A DNA stretch of 35,490 bases from an uncultured Deinococcales bacterium (GTDB lineage: Bacteria > Deinococcota > Deinococci > Deinococcales > JAAFIG01), in assembly GCA_964244895.1 (NCBI GenBank), contig CAXTKV010000028.1, positions 1-35,490 on the forward strand. Direction: 5' to 3'. How positions within the stretch are numbered: position 1 is the stretch's first letter; each line of letters opens with the position of its first letter. Both the position numbers and the translations under genes were made by a program. The notes under the pieces are model-generated. The model searched no databases, had not been told where the DNA came from, and saw only the letters and a list, made by a program, of their open reading frames with translations. This document shows, piece after piece, positions 26,463-35,490 of this stretch.

Positions 26463-26522
26463 GAACGACCGTCCGGCACGCGATTTTTGCCGCACGAGAA
26501 CACCGTCCAGGACGGTGTTCTC
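26463..26522. repeat. Palindromic repeat family copy
   Basis: gaacgaccgtccggcacgcg...gagaacaccgtc-cag-gacggtgttctc (perfect hairpin at 26496-26522). Confidence 0.9.
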
Positions 26523-26601
26523 TAAACCCTCCCGGTACGTTCGGGATCGAAGAGATGGAAGGCGCTGTGGTCTCGAGCCAAGATGCTTTCGAGATCCAAC
26601 G

Positions 26602-26630
26602 AAAAAGTGCTACCCGAGGGCAGCACTTTT
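26602..26630 (-). terminator. Intrinsic terminator of cinA-thpR-recA
   Basis: Minus strand aaaagtgctgccc-tc-gggtagcacttttt, 21 nt after the recA stop. Confidence 0.85.
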
Positions 26631-26651
26631 GAAAGCTTCAAGCTCCGGGAA

Positions 26652-27746
<1,095 letters not shown>

Positions 27747-27784
27747 CGTGCGTCTCCTTCGTGGTGGGCGTTCGAGCCGGGGTT

Positions 27785-28621
27785 TTAGAGGCTCTCTGAG
27801 AGGGCGGGTTGGGTCGGGGCGGGTGGAGCTGGGGCGAGTTGGAACTTCTCGAGGATCTTGTACTGCGGGCCGGTCTTGGAGAGGGAACTTTCGACGAGCG
27901 CGAAGTGCGTGACAAGAAACTCCAGGCCAATCACGATCGGCGGGGGTCTGGGCGACGATCCTTTTTTGCGAGCCAGCGTGACGTGCGGTTTGAAGGGTTC
28001 CGCGTCCGCGATCACGTCCTCGAGCCGGTCGCGCAGCACCTCGGCGAGCTGCTTGAATTCTTCGGCTTCCGCTTTGGCGAACCAGACGCGCGGGCTGCCT
28101 TCGTTCGGGAAGAATCCCGTTCCGCGCAGGTGTGCGGTGAAGCCCGGCAGGTCTTTGGAAATTTCGCGCCCGACGGTTTTGAATCGCTCGAGAACGCCGT
28201 TCGGCACGCCACCGATGAATAAAAGCGTGATGTGAAAGTGCGCCGCCTCAACTTTCTTCCACCACTTGCCCACGATCTTCGTCTGCGCGGCCTCGAGCGC
28301 GGGTCTGACGCTCTCCGGCACGAACACGGCGTAGAACAACCGCAAGCCCGGATCGCGCTGGACGGTCTTTTTACGACCCCGAGAAGCCTGTCCTGGACGG
28401 TCTTTCCCTTTTGCAGTGGCAGGATTCGCAGCTTTGCCCGATCTGGCGTCGGTCGGTTTGGGGTTGGTCGGTCTCGAGCCTGCGGGTTTCGGGCTGGCTG
28501 GCTTTGTGCCGTCCGCTCTGGAATCTCGAGCCTTCGCGCCGTCCAATTTGGGTGGCGCTTTCGTCGCCTTCGGCCTCGGGGCTCTGGTGGTCGTGCCGTC
28601 CTTGTTCGGTGGTCGGGTCAC
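27785..28621 (-). CDS. thpR: RNA 2',3'-cyclic phosphodiesterase (2H family, LigT/ThpR) with a long basic N-terminal extension
   Basis: RLFYAV, HITL and HVTL motifs; GTG at 28621 overlaps the cinA TGA; alternative start is TTG at 28345. Confidence 0.88.
   Translation of the reverse strand: MTRPPNKDGTTTRAPRPKATKAPPKLDGAKARDSRADGTKPASPKPAGSRPTNPKPTDARSGKAANPATAKGKDRPGQASRGRKKTVQRDPGLRLFYAVFVPESVRPALEAAQTKIVGKWWKKVEAAHFHITLLFIGGVPNGVLERFKTVGREISKDLPGFTAHLRGTGFFPNEGSPRVWFAKAEAEEFKQLAEVLRDRLEDVIADAEPFKPHVTLARKKGSSPRPPPIVIGLEFLVTHFALVESSLSKTGPQYKILEKFQLAPAPPAPTQPALSESL
28354..28408. repeat. Degenerate palindromic repeat family copy within the thpR 5' region
   Basis: cgcgctggacggtcttttt...cgagaagcctgtcctggacggtctttccc. 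Confidence 0.65.
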
Positions 28622-29865
28622 GCGCGCCCCGTCCCGAGCAGCGCGCGCCAGAGTTGCCCGAGCGCCAGGAAGGCGGCGCGTTCCTTGAGGGTGCGGCGGT
28701 CGCCGGTCGAACCCATCTCGAAGGCTTTTGAAAAGTGGGGGCCGGCCACGCCGACAAAGAGCGTCCCGACGGGTTTGCCCTCGCTGGTGTCGGGGCCAGC
28801 CACGCCCGTGGTGGACACGCCCCAACTCGATCCGAAGCGCTCGCGCACGGCCTGCGCCATCTCGAGCGCGGTTTCCGGGCTGACCGCGCCGTGCGCCGCG
28901 ATGGTCGCAGGGGTGACGCCCATGCGGGTTTTGGCGTCGTCGGTGTACGTGACCGCGCCGCCCACGACGTACTGGCTGGCGCCGGGAATGTTGGTCAGTT
29001 CATCGGCCACCAGACCGCCCGTCAGGGATTCCATCGCGGCCACGGTCTGGTGTCGCTCGAGCAGCAGCGCTCCGACCACGCCGGGCAGGGTTTCCTCGTC
29101 CGCGCCGTAGATGAAACCAGCCAGGGTTTCCCGGACGGATTGTTCTGCGGCCTCAGCGACGCGTCTGGCATCCTCGAGGCTCGAGCCGGAGGCGGCCACG
29201 CGCACGTGAACGCCGTCGCGCCGGGCGTAGGTGGCGACGCTCGGGTTGCTCGATTGCGTCCAGGCGGCCAGCTTTTCCGCGATGTGGCTCTCGCCGATGG
29301 CGTTGGTGCGCAGCGTCACGGCGTACAGGCTCGAGGTCGGCAGGGGCAGGCGCGGCAGCACCTGATCGCGCCACATGCGGGTCATCTCGCGCGGCGGGCC
29401 GGGCATGGCGACCACGATCTTGCCCAAGAATTCGCCGTGCGGGAATTTCAGGAACCATCCCGGAGCCGTGCCGACCGGGTTGGCGAGCGCCTCGCCGGAG
29501 GGCAGCACCCAGGCTTGTTTGGTGTTGGATTCCGGGAAGCTCCGGCCTCTGGATTCAAAGAAGGCGCGCAACTGCTCGAGGTAAACCTGATCTACCACGG
29601 GTTCTTCACCAACTACGGCGCTGATGGCTTCTCTGGTCAGGTCGTCGTCCGTCGGGCCGAGTCCGCCGCCCAGGATCACCACGTCACTGCGCCCCAGGCC
29701 GCGCCGGATGGCTTCGATGACGCGATCCAGGTTGTCTCCGACGGTGGTTTTCCAGTACAGCGTGACGCCGCGAGACTTCAACTCCTGTGCCAGATACGCG
29801 GCGTTGGAGTCCACGATCTCACCGAGGAGGAGTTCTGTGCCCACACTGATCAGTTCTGCTATCAA
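28618..29865 (-). CDS. cinA: CinA (molybdopterin-binding-like domain plus PncC NMN deamidase)
   Basis: AELISVGTELLLGEIVDSN, GGLGPTDDDLTRE, PGPPREM, ESLTGG, GAVS..TA.EMA, TGVAGP; start re-called to TTG 29865 after GGAGG. Confidence 0.95.
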   Translation of the reverse strand: MIAELISVGTELLLGEIVDSNAAYLAQELKSRGVTLYWKTTVGDNLDRVIEAIRRGLGRSDVVILGGGLGPTDDDLTREAISAVVGEEPVVDQVYLEQLRAFFESRGRSFPESNTKQAWVLPSGEALANPVGTAPGWFLKFPHGEFLGKIVVAMPGPPREMTRMWRDQVLPRLPLPTSSLYAVTLRTNAIGESHIAEKLAAWTQSSNPSVATYARRDGVHVRVAASGSSLEDARRVAEAAEQSVRETLAGFIYGADEETLPGVVGALLLERHQTVAAMESLTGGLVADELTNIPGASQYVVGGAVTYTDDAKTRMGVTPATIAAHGAVSPETALEMAQAVRERFGSSWGVSTTGVAGPDTSEGKPVGTLFVGVAGPHFSKAFEMGSTGDRRTLKERAAFLALGQLWRALLGTGRA

Positions 29866-29870
29866 CGTAA
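29854..29870 (-). promoter_or_regulatory. RDRM-like (DdrO-type) 17-bp operator overlapping the cinA start
   Basis: TTACGTTGATAGCAGAA fits the Deinococcus RDRM pattern; extended -10 TGtTAGAAT at 29883-29891. Confidence 0.75.
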
Positions 29871-30048
29871 TCCCTCCCTTGTATTCTAACACGAGCTAAG
29901 GCTGTTGGTACAACACCCAACTTTACGTCTCCGACGAGCCGCGACGGTCACGCTCAAATTGCACAATCTCGAGCCGGAGAAGATCCTGTTCGAGACGACG
30001 CCAGTGCGCTTTACTTCTCAGAGATCGAAGCCGCCTACCAGATCCAGC

Positions 30049-30112
30049 ATCTCGAGAAAACGCCGTCCGGGACGCAGATATCGGAATGCGTGCTGGACGC
30101 TGTTCTCGAGAT
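30049..30112. repeat. Palindromic repeat family copy with CTCGAG at both ends
   Basis: atCTCGAGaaaacgccgtccgggacgca-N10-tgcgtgctggacgctgttCTCGAGat. Confidence 0.9.
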
Positions 30113-30189
30113 AGGGGTCGAAACTGATCGGCACAGAATTGTGTCACCCGCGATGCCGTGAATCCAGAGTGCGAGGGTAAACTTCTCGT

Positions 30190-30864
30190 GTGCAAGACTT
30201 CGTCACGCGCGATCTCGGGATGGTTCCGTACCGGGACGCCTACCGGATGCAACGCGAGGTTCACACCCGCGTGGCGGCTGGCCTCGAGCCGCCGACGCTG
30301 CTGCTGCTTGAACACCCGCGCGTCGTGACCCACGGACGCAAGGACGACCAGGACACCAACCTGGCCGTCCCACATGCTTTCCTTGAAGCTCAGGGCATCG
30401 AGGTCGTGCCCACCGAACGCGGCGGCACGGTCACGTATCACGGCCCCGGACAGCTCGTGGCCTACGCGATCTTTCCGGTCGGACGGCGCGTCAGGGATTT
30501 CCTGCGCCGCCTCGAGAACGTCCAGATTCGCGCGCTGGAAACGTATGGGATTGAGGCCCGACCCAACCCCGGTTACGCGGGCGTTTACGTCGGTGACGAC
30601 AAGATCGGCAGCATCGGCGTGGCCGTCCAGAAGAACGTCGCGCTGCACGGGCTGGCCTTGAACATCAACACGCACCTGCCGGATTTCGATCTGATCGTGC
30701 CGTGCGGGTTGACGGACACGCGCATGACCAGCCTGGAAAAGCTGCTCGGGCGCGCGGTGGACATGGCGGATGCAAAACGAGAACTCGAGCAGGGCTTCAG
30801 GCAGGAGTTCGAGGATTACAAGTGGCTCGAGGAACTGCGCGGGCTGGAACTGGAGACGACATGA
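30190..30864 (+). CDS. lipB: Lipoyl(octanoyl) transferase
   Basis: [47 protein letters not shown] 6 nt before GTG (leaderless type). Confidence 0.97.
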   Translation: MQDFVTRDLGMVPYRDAYRMQREVHTRVAAGLEPPTLLLLEHPRVVTHGRKDDQDTNLAVPHAFLEAQGIEVVPTERGGTVTYHGPGQLVAYAIFPVGRRVRDFLRRLENVQIRALETYGIEARPNPGYAGVYVGDDKIGSIGVAVQKNVALHGLALNINTHLPDFDLIVPCGLTDTRMTSLEKLLGRAVDMADAKRELEQGFRQEFEDYKWLEELRGLELETT

Positions 30865-31790
30865 TCAAACCGAGCCGCGAGTACGATTTTCCCGTCGTCA
30901 GGGACGGCGTTCACCGCGATGGTGCGGAGCCCGTGCGGGCGCGCAAACCCGACTGGCTGAAGGTGTCCCTGCCGTCCGGTTTCGGCTACTCGAGCATCAA
31001 GGACATCGTCTCCACGCATGGCCTGGCGACCGTCTGCCAGGAAGCCATGTGCCCCAACATCGCCGAATGCTGGGCGGCGGGTACGGCCACGTTCATGCTG
31101 ATGGGCAGCGTCTGCACGCGCGCCTGCAGGTTCTGCGCGGTCAACACGGGCAACCCGCAGGGACGGCTCGATCCGCTGGAACCCGCGCACATCGCTGAAT
31201 CGGTCGAATTGATGGGCCTGAAGTACGTCGTGCTGACCAGCGTCGATCGGGACGACCTGCCGGACGGCGGCGCGGCGCACTTTGCCCGCACCGTGCGCGC
31301 CATCAAGCAGCGCACGCCACAGGCCAAAGTCGAGGCGCTGACCCCGGATTTCGGCGGGAATCTGGAGAGCGTCACGGAAGTCGTGAATTCCGGCATCGAG
31401 GTCTTCGCGCAGAACATCGAAACCGTCGAACGCCTGACGCACCCCGTGCGCGACCCTCGGGCCGGATACCACCAGACCTTGCGCGTGTTGGCGCACGCCA
31501 AGACCGTGCGGGACGTGTTCACCAAGACCAGCCTGATGCTCGGGCTCGGTGAAACCCGAGATGAGATCATCCAGGCCATGCGCGACCTGCGCGCCGCCGG
31601 TGTGGACATCGTGACGTTTGGCCAGTACCTCCAGCCGACCCGCAACCACTTGCCCGTCGAGCGGTACGTGCCGCCCGCCGAATTCGACGAGATTCGCGTC
31701 CTCGGGCTTGAGATGGGTTTCATGGAAGTCGTGGCCGGGCCGCTGGTGCGTTCCAGCTACAAGGCGGAACAGGCGTTGCAGGGCAAGTAA
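30861..31790 (+). CDS. lipA: Lipoyl synthase
   Basis: [33 protein letters not shown] overlaps the lipB stop. Confidence 0.97.
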   Translation: MIKPSREYDFPVVRDGVHRDGAEPVRARKPDWLKVSLPSGFGYSSIKDIVSTHGLATVCQEAMCPNIAECWAAGTATFMLMGSVCTRACRFCAVNTGNPQGRLDPLEPAHIAESVELMGLKYVVLTSVDRDDLPDGGAAHFARTVRAIKQRTPQAKVEALTPDFGGNLESVTEVVNSGIEVFAQNIETVERLTHPVRDPRAGYHQTLRVLAHAKTVRDVFTKTSLMLGLGETRDEIIQAMRDLRAAGVDIVTFGQYLQPTRNHLPVERYVPPAEFDEIRVLGLEMGFMEVVAGPLVRSSYKAEQALQGK

Positions 31791-31802
31791 ACCGATCTTT
31801 CT

Positions 31803-31860
31803 CTCGAGAACACCGTTCAGGACAGCGTTCTCGTTTTGCGTGCTGGACGGTGTTCTCGAG
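31803..31860. repeat. Palindromic repeat family copy with CTCGAG at both ends
   Basis: CTCGAGaacaccgttcaggac...gcgtgctggacggtgttCTCGAG. Confidence 0.92.
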
Positions 31861-31872
31861 TCTCGTTCTTGT

Positions 31873-31940
31873 CCTCCCCTGCCTTGGTAGGGGAGGTGGC
31901 TCGAGCATCGCCGGGTTTGCGGTCCGAGAGGCGGAGGGGT
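31873..31940. repeat. Second-type REP-like element (single copy in this window)
   Basis: cctcccctgccttggtaggggaggtggc...cggaggggt. Confidence 0.5.
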
Positions 31941-32000
31941 CACGACGCTGCGCCCATCGGACACAGTCGCGATCCGCTCGCACGGGTAAGATTGGCGGCG

Positions 32001-33113
32001 ATGACTGTCTCGAGGATTCACTTCCGGGCTTTGCTCGCGCTGCTGGCCGTGTTCGTCCTGAATTTCGCCCCGTCTTCCGCGCAGGTGCAAACCGCCAAGC
32101 CCGACCCGCAGGCTGAAACGACTGCGGATCGGTCGGTGCGCGAGTGGCTGGCTGGCAAGTTCAAGGTGATCAACCCGACCGCGCCGAAAACGGCGGACGA
32201 AAGCACCGCCCGGATGATCGAGGAGAACTTCCTGGTCAATTCCAGCCCGAAAGGGGCGAGCGTCAATTTTGCCTTGCGCAAGGTTCAAGAGAGCAGTCCG
32301 GGGCGCGTCAGCTTCCAGTACCCGCTCTCGAGCGACGACCTGGGTGACGCGAACCTGGTCGTGACGGTCGTGAAATCCGGTTCGGATTGGGCGGTGCGCA
32401 GCATCCGGGTCGCGCCGGACGTGTCGTTGATCCCGAGCGAGGTTTATTCGACGCTGGGCGGTTGGGTGTTCGTGCTGCTGACGGCGCTCCTGGCTTACGG
32501 CGTGCTGGCGCAGACGCTCTGGCGGCGCTGGATGCTGGAATCCTGGGCGGTCATGCGCGCCTTTTTTGGCGTGTACGTCTGGACTAACATCGCGCTGTAC
32601 GGTCTATTCGTGCTGGGTGCGCTGTTCGGGGCGGGCTTTCCGTTGACGGTCAACGTCATCCGTGAACTCGTGTCTGGGGCGTTGTCGCAGGGCGGGCTGG
32701 AAGGCTTGCGCGATGCGAGCGTGCCCAGCGCGGCCTTCGCGATCACGCTCAACAATTTGCGGGCGGGCGTGCTGATCTCGAGCTTCATTCCGGGCAGCCT
32801 GTTCGCCGTGCCCGCGTACCTGCTGTCGTTTTCCACCTTCATCTTTTACGGCGTGGCGCTCTCGCCGATCGGTTTGCCGCCCGCGACCTTCGCGCTGCAC
32901 ATCCCGACGATCATCATCGAGATGCAGTCCTACATTTACGTGGTCGCCGCCAGCGGCGTGATGCTGGCGCGGCTGGTGCGCTCCAGGGTTCCGTTCGGAC
33001 TGGCCTGGCGCGATTACGCCAAGGGCTTGACGGTCGCGATCGCGATTCTGGTCGTGGCTGCCTGGTACGAGGCGTTCGAGATCATGGTGCTGATCCCGCT
33101 GTTCTCGAAGTGA
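32001..33113 (+). CDS. SpoIIM/DUF95-family membrane protein with an N-terminal exported domain
   Basis: Signal peptide, multiple TM helices, ITLNNLRAG, P..IIEMQ, ILVVAAWYE; start re-called to MTVSR. Confidence 0.7.
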   Translation: MTVSRIHFRALLALLAVFVLNFAPSSAQVQTAKPDPQAETTADRSVREWLAGKFKVINPTAPKTADESTARMIEENFLVNSSPKGASVNFALRKVQESSPGRVSFQYPLSSDDLGDANLVVTVVKSGSDWAVRSIRVAPDVSLIPSEVYSTLGGWVFVLLTALLAYGVLAQTLWRRWMLESWAVMRAFFGVYVWTNIALYGLFVLGALFGAGFPLTVNVIRELVSGALSQGGLEGLRDASVPSAAFAITLNNLRAGVLISSFIPGSLFAVPAYLLSFSTFIFYGVALSPIGLPPATFALHIPTIIIEMQSYIYVVAASGVMLARLVRSRVPFGLAWRDYAKGLTVAIAILVVAAWYEAFEIMVLIPLFSK

Positions 33114-33122
33114 TTCGCGCCG

Positions 33123-33170
33123 GAACACCGTCCTGGAGGCGCTCTCGAAAATACGTTTGGGACGGTGTTC
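33123..33170. repeat. Palindromic repeat family copy
   Basis: gaacaccgtcctggaggcg...cgtttgggacggtgttc. Confidence 0.85.
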
Positions 33171-33184
33171 GTGAGGGGTGAACC

Positions 33185-33829
33185 GTGAGCGTGCTGATCG
33201 TCGTGGCGACCAAACCCGAGGCCGAACGCCTGCCGAAGCTGCCGGGATCTCGCGTGGTCGTGAGCGGCATCGGTGCGGTCAACGCGGCGCTGGCGGCGCA
33301 AGCCGCGATCCTCGAGTCCCGCCCGAGCCTGGTGCTCTGCCTCGGCATCGCGGGCGCGTACCCGAATTCTGGCTTGCGGATCGGTGATGTCTGCGTCTCG
33401 AGCGAGATGGTCTTCGCGGGGCTCGGCGCGATGGACGGCAGGCACTTCCTGAATCTCGAGCAGATGGGCTTCTCGTTGCTCGAACATGACGGTGAACGCG
33501 TCTACAACGCGCTCCAAGCCGATTCTCGCTCGAGCGAATTCGCGTCGGTCACGGGGGCGAGACTCGGCCCGATCCTGACCCTGGAAACCGTCACGGGTTC
33601 CGTTGAGATGGCGGCAGAACTCGAGTCCCGCGTTCCCGGTGCGCTGGCGGAGGGCATGGAGGGCGCTGGGGTCGCGCTGGCGGCGGCGCGCTCCGGGTTG
33701 GGTTGCCTGGAAATTCGCGGCATCTCCAACACGGTCGGCCCGAGGGATCGGTCGGGCTGGCGCATCCGCGAGGCGCTCGAGGCGTTGGGAACGGCGCTCG
33801 AGCGCGGCTGGCCCGTGCTGCACGGCTGA
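33185..33829 (+). CDS. mqnB: Futalosine hydrolase
   Basis: GIGAVNAA, GIAGAY, EGMEGAGVA, EIRGISN.VGPRDRSGW.I. Confidence 0.88.
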   Translation: MSVLIVVATKPEAERLPKLPGSRVVVSGIGAVNAALAAQAAILESRPSLVLCLGIAGAYPNSGLRIGDVCVSSEMVFAGLGAMDGRHFLNLEQMGFSLLEHDGERVYNALQADSRSSEFASVTGARLGPILTLETVTGSVEMAAELESRVPGALAEGMEGAGVALAAARSGLGCLEIRGISNTVGPRDRSGWRIREALEALGTALERGWPVLHG

Positions 33830-33835
33830 CCTGCA

Positions 33836-33891
33836 CGAGAACACCGTTCTGGACGCATTTCGTGATTTGCGTCCAGAACGGTGTTCTCGAG
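33836..33891. repeat. Palindromic repeat family copy, perfect 22-bp inverted repeat
   Basis: cgagaacaccgttctggacgca-N10-tgcgtccagaacggtgttctcg(ag), between convergent genes. Confidence 0.95.
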
Positions 33892-33901
33892 AAACCCCGT
33901 T

Positions 33902-35490
33902 TTACCGTTGGACCGTGCGTTGAACGCTGTTGAAGCCGTCCGTCAGCGTCAACTCGAAGTACCCACCAGCCGGGAGCGTGCTGACATCCAGCGTGGAATG
34001 GGCGCGTTGAATCCTCAATCCAATGACCGTCCGTTCGCCGTCCAGCGCCACGTGCGTCACGGTTGCGCTCAGGAACGCGCTCGAATCCCAGGTCAGATTC
34101 AGCCTCCCGCCGTTTTCGGTCAGGCTGGGTTCCGTCCAGGCGGACAACGGTCGAATCTGCGCCGCGCGGCGCAGCACGCGCTGAGCGCCCTGCCAGATTT
34201 CGATGGCCCGCACCGCGCCGCGATTCGGCACGCTGAACGAGAAGCTGATCGTGTCCGTGTGCGCGATTGGATTCGCACTGAACGGCGTGTCGAACACGCC
34301 CGCCGAAGTCTCGAGGCGCAGCGTGTACGCCCCCGGTCGTGGGCTTGTGGCGCGACCCGTAAAGCCCTGAAGGGGCTCGAGTTCCAGCGCACCGTTCTGA
34401 ATTCGACCGCTGATCAGCACGAGCGGTTGCAACGGCCCGGACACCGTTCCCGAGGTCGCCAGCGCTGCACCGTTCGCGCCGGGCGGGCTGGATTCCAGTT
34501 CGGTCTGGGCTTTGGCGTACATGTAACTGGAAACCCACTGCTTGCCGTTCTGACCGCAGTAGCTCATGACGTCGTAGTTGAGGCTCGGGTCGTAGAGTTT
34601 CAGCGCCGTCACGTCCAGACCCCAACCGTCGAGCTTGCCGTTGCTGACCGGGTAACTGGTATCCAAGCCCTGCGTCGCACCGCACGGCGCGTGCAACAAC
34701 CCGAAGTTGTGCCCGATCTCGTGCGCGGTCACGCCCGGCGCGCTCGAGGCGTAATCCCAGCCCATGCCGACCGGATACCCGACGTAACCGATGCCCGCCA
34801 CGCCGGACGAATACCCGACCTTGGCGAAACCGTAGTAGTACCGCTGACTGCTCTCGATCGTCCTCAGGTTCGAGATTTCGCCCAGCAGTTGGCCCCAGTC
34901 GCCGTTCGCATCGTTGTTCTGCAACACGCGGCTCGAGGTGTACGCGGCGTGCGTCCTGATGTCGATGTTCTTGACGGGCCAGAGTTTGCCCGTGAACTGC
35001 TCCCAGTTGGCTGGTGCGCTGCCCGTCGTGCCGTTCTGCTGGATCGGCACGACCGTCACGTACAGCACCGTGCCGGAACCGACGGTGGCGTTCAGCGTCT
35101 GGGTGTTGTTGGCCTCGTTCGATTCGGCGACCGTATTGGTCGGATCGACCTCGAGCCTGGCCTGAAGTCCCGCCGCGACCCAGTTGGCGGGCAGCACCGT
35201 GCGGTAGCTCTGGGTCAGATCCGCCGGGTTGACGCTGGTCGGCACGACGGCTGGCCCGTCCAGCGTGACGGTTCCCAGCGCGCTGCCGTTGGCGCTGAAG
35301 GTCGCGCGCACCTGCGCGGTCTGGGCTGCCGCGCTCGAGATCACATCAGCCCGAAACAGCGCGGGTTTGCCCGCGACCAGGCGCACGTTTTGCCCGAACA
35401 CCGATTGTCCCCATTCCACCTTGCTGATGGACAAATCGGGGCCGCCCGGAGTCGGTGGAGGTGGTGGCGGGCTGGGTGGTGCGGGTGGGC
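33902..35490 (-). CDS. Zinc metalloprotease, metzincin type (M66-like), 5' end outside the window
   Basis: HEIGHNFGLLH zinc motif, Met-turn DVMSYC, CARDB-like VDP.N.V.ESNE.NN; frame stays open through a Pro-rich linker to the window edge. Confidence 0.8.
   Translation of the reverse strand, partial: PPAPPSPPPPPPTPGGPDLSISKVEWGQSVFGQNVRLVAGKPALFRADVISSAAAQTAQVRATFSANGSALGTVTLDGPAVVPTSVNPADLTQSYRTVLPANWVAAGLQARLEVDPTNTVAESNEANNTQTLNATVGSGTVLYVTVVPIQQNGTTGSAPANWEQFTGKLWPVKNIDIRTHAAYTSSRVLQNNDANGDWGQLLGEISNLRTIESSQRYYYGFAKVGYSSGVAGIGYVGYPVGMGWDYASSAPGVTAHEIGHNFGLLHAPCGATQGLDTSYPVSNGKLDGWGLDVTALKLYDPSLNYDVMSYCGQNGKQWVSSYMYAKAQTELESSPPGANGAALATSGTVSGPLQPLVLISGRIQNGALELEPLQGFTGRATSPRPGAYTLRLETSAGVFDTPFSANPIAHTDTISFSFSVPNRGAVRAIEIWQGAQRVLRRAAQIRPLSAWTEPSLTENGGRLNLTWDSSAFLSATVTHVALDGERTVIGLRIQRAHSTLDVSTLPAGGYFELTLTDGFNSVQRTVQR

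Noticed and set aside
26421..26466. Two short CTCGAG-centred palindromes (ttgactcgagttcaa, gatctcgagatc)
   Set aside because: Too short to separate from chance extension of the abundant CTCGAG core.
28622..28825. ThpR start at 28825, and similarly LipA at 30702, CinA at 29892 and SpoIIM-like at 31836
   Set aside because: These starts overlap neighbouring genes, promoters or repeats; better starts exist with stop-start coupling, an SD or a -10 box.
29905..30114. 69-aa ORF between cinA and lipB, and similar ORFs at 26021-26383, 26461-26718 and 23230-23484
   Set aside because: No RBS or protein-like features; most cross repeat copies, and 26021-26383 is antisense to the better-supported small peptide gene.
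32001..33113. SpoIIM-like gene as evidence of sporulation
   Set aside because: DUF95/SpoIIM-family membrane proteins are widespread in non-sporulating organisms, and no other spo genes are present.

Overview
High-GC chromosomal window from a Deinococcales (Deinococcus-Thermus) bacterium, judged from a Deinococcus-type RecA, the cinA-thpR-recA-rny gene order, futalosine-pathway mqnB, leaderless-type starts and an RDRM-like operator. The first 15.6 kb is a translationally coupled pair: a 3004-aa secreted protein (Gly-rich head, DUF11-like domains, 11 tandem ~160-aa Ig-like repeats) and a 2118-aa DUF11 protein ending in a probable large outer-membrane beta-barrel. The rest is mostly housekeeping genes: mazG, a CoA Nudix hydrolase, a PAS/GAF histidine kinase, a LON-N protein, an IscA-family carrier, pgl, zwf, aph(3'), rny, recA, thpR, cinA, lipB, lipA, a SpoIIM-family protein, mqnB and a metzincin cut off by the window edge. 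The signals the genes do not explain are: (1) CTCGAG occurs about 150 times by eye-count, roughly 12-fold above base-composition expectation; (2) about 13 copies of a palindromic element (GAACACCGTCCAGSACGC..GCGTSCTGGACGGTGTTC), whose best copies end in CTCGAG, occupy most intergenic gaps after 15.6 kb and also sit in frame inside aph(3') and thpR; (3) a 54-aa signal-peptide-bearing ORF missing from the ORF track lies between recA and rny; (4) a 17-bp RDRM-like site overlaps the cinA start. All counts and alignments were done by eye and no database searches were run.
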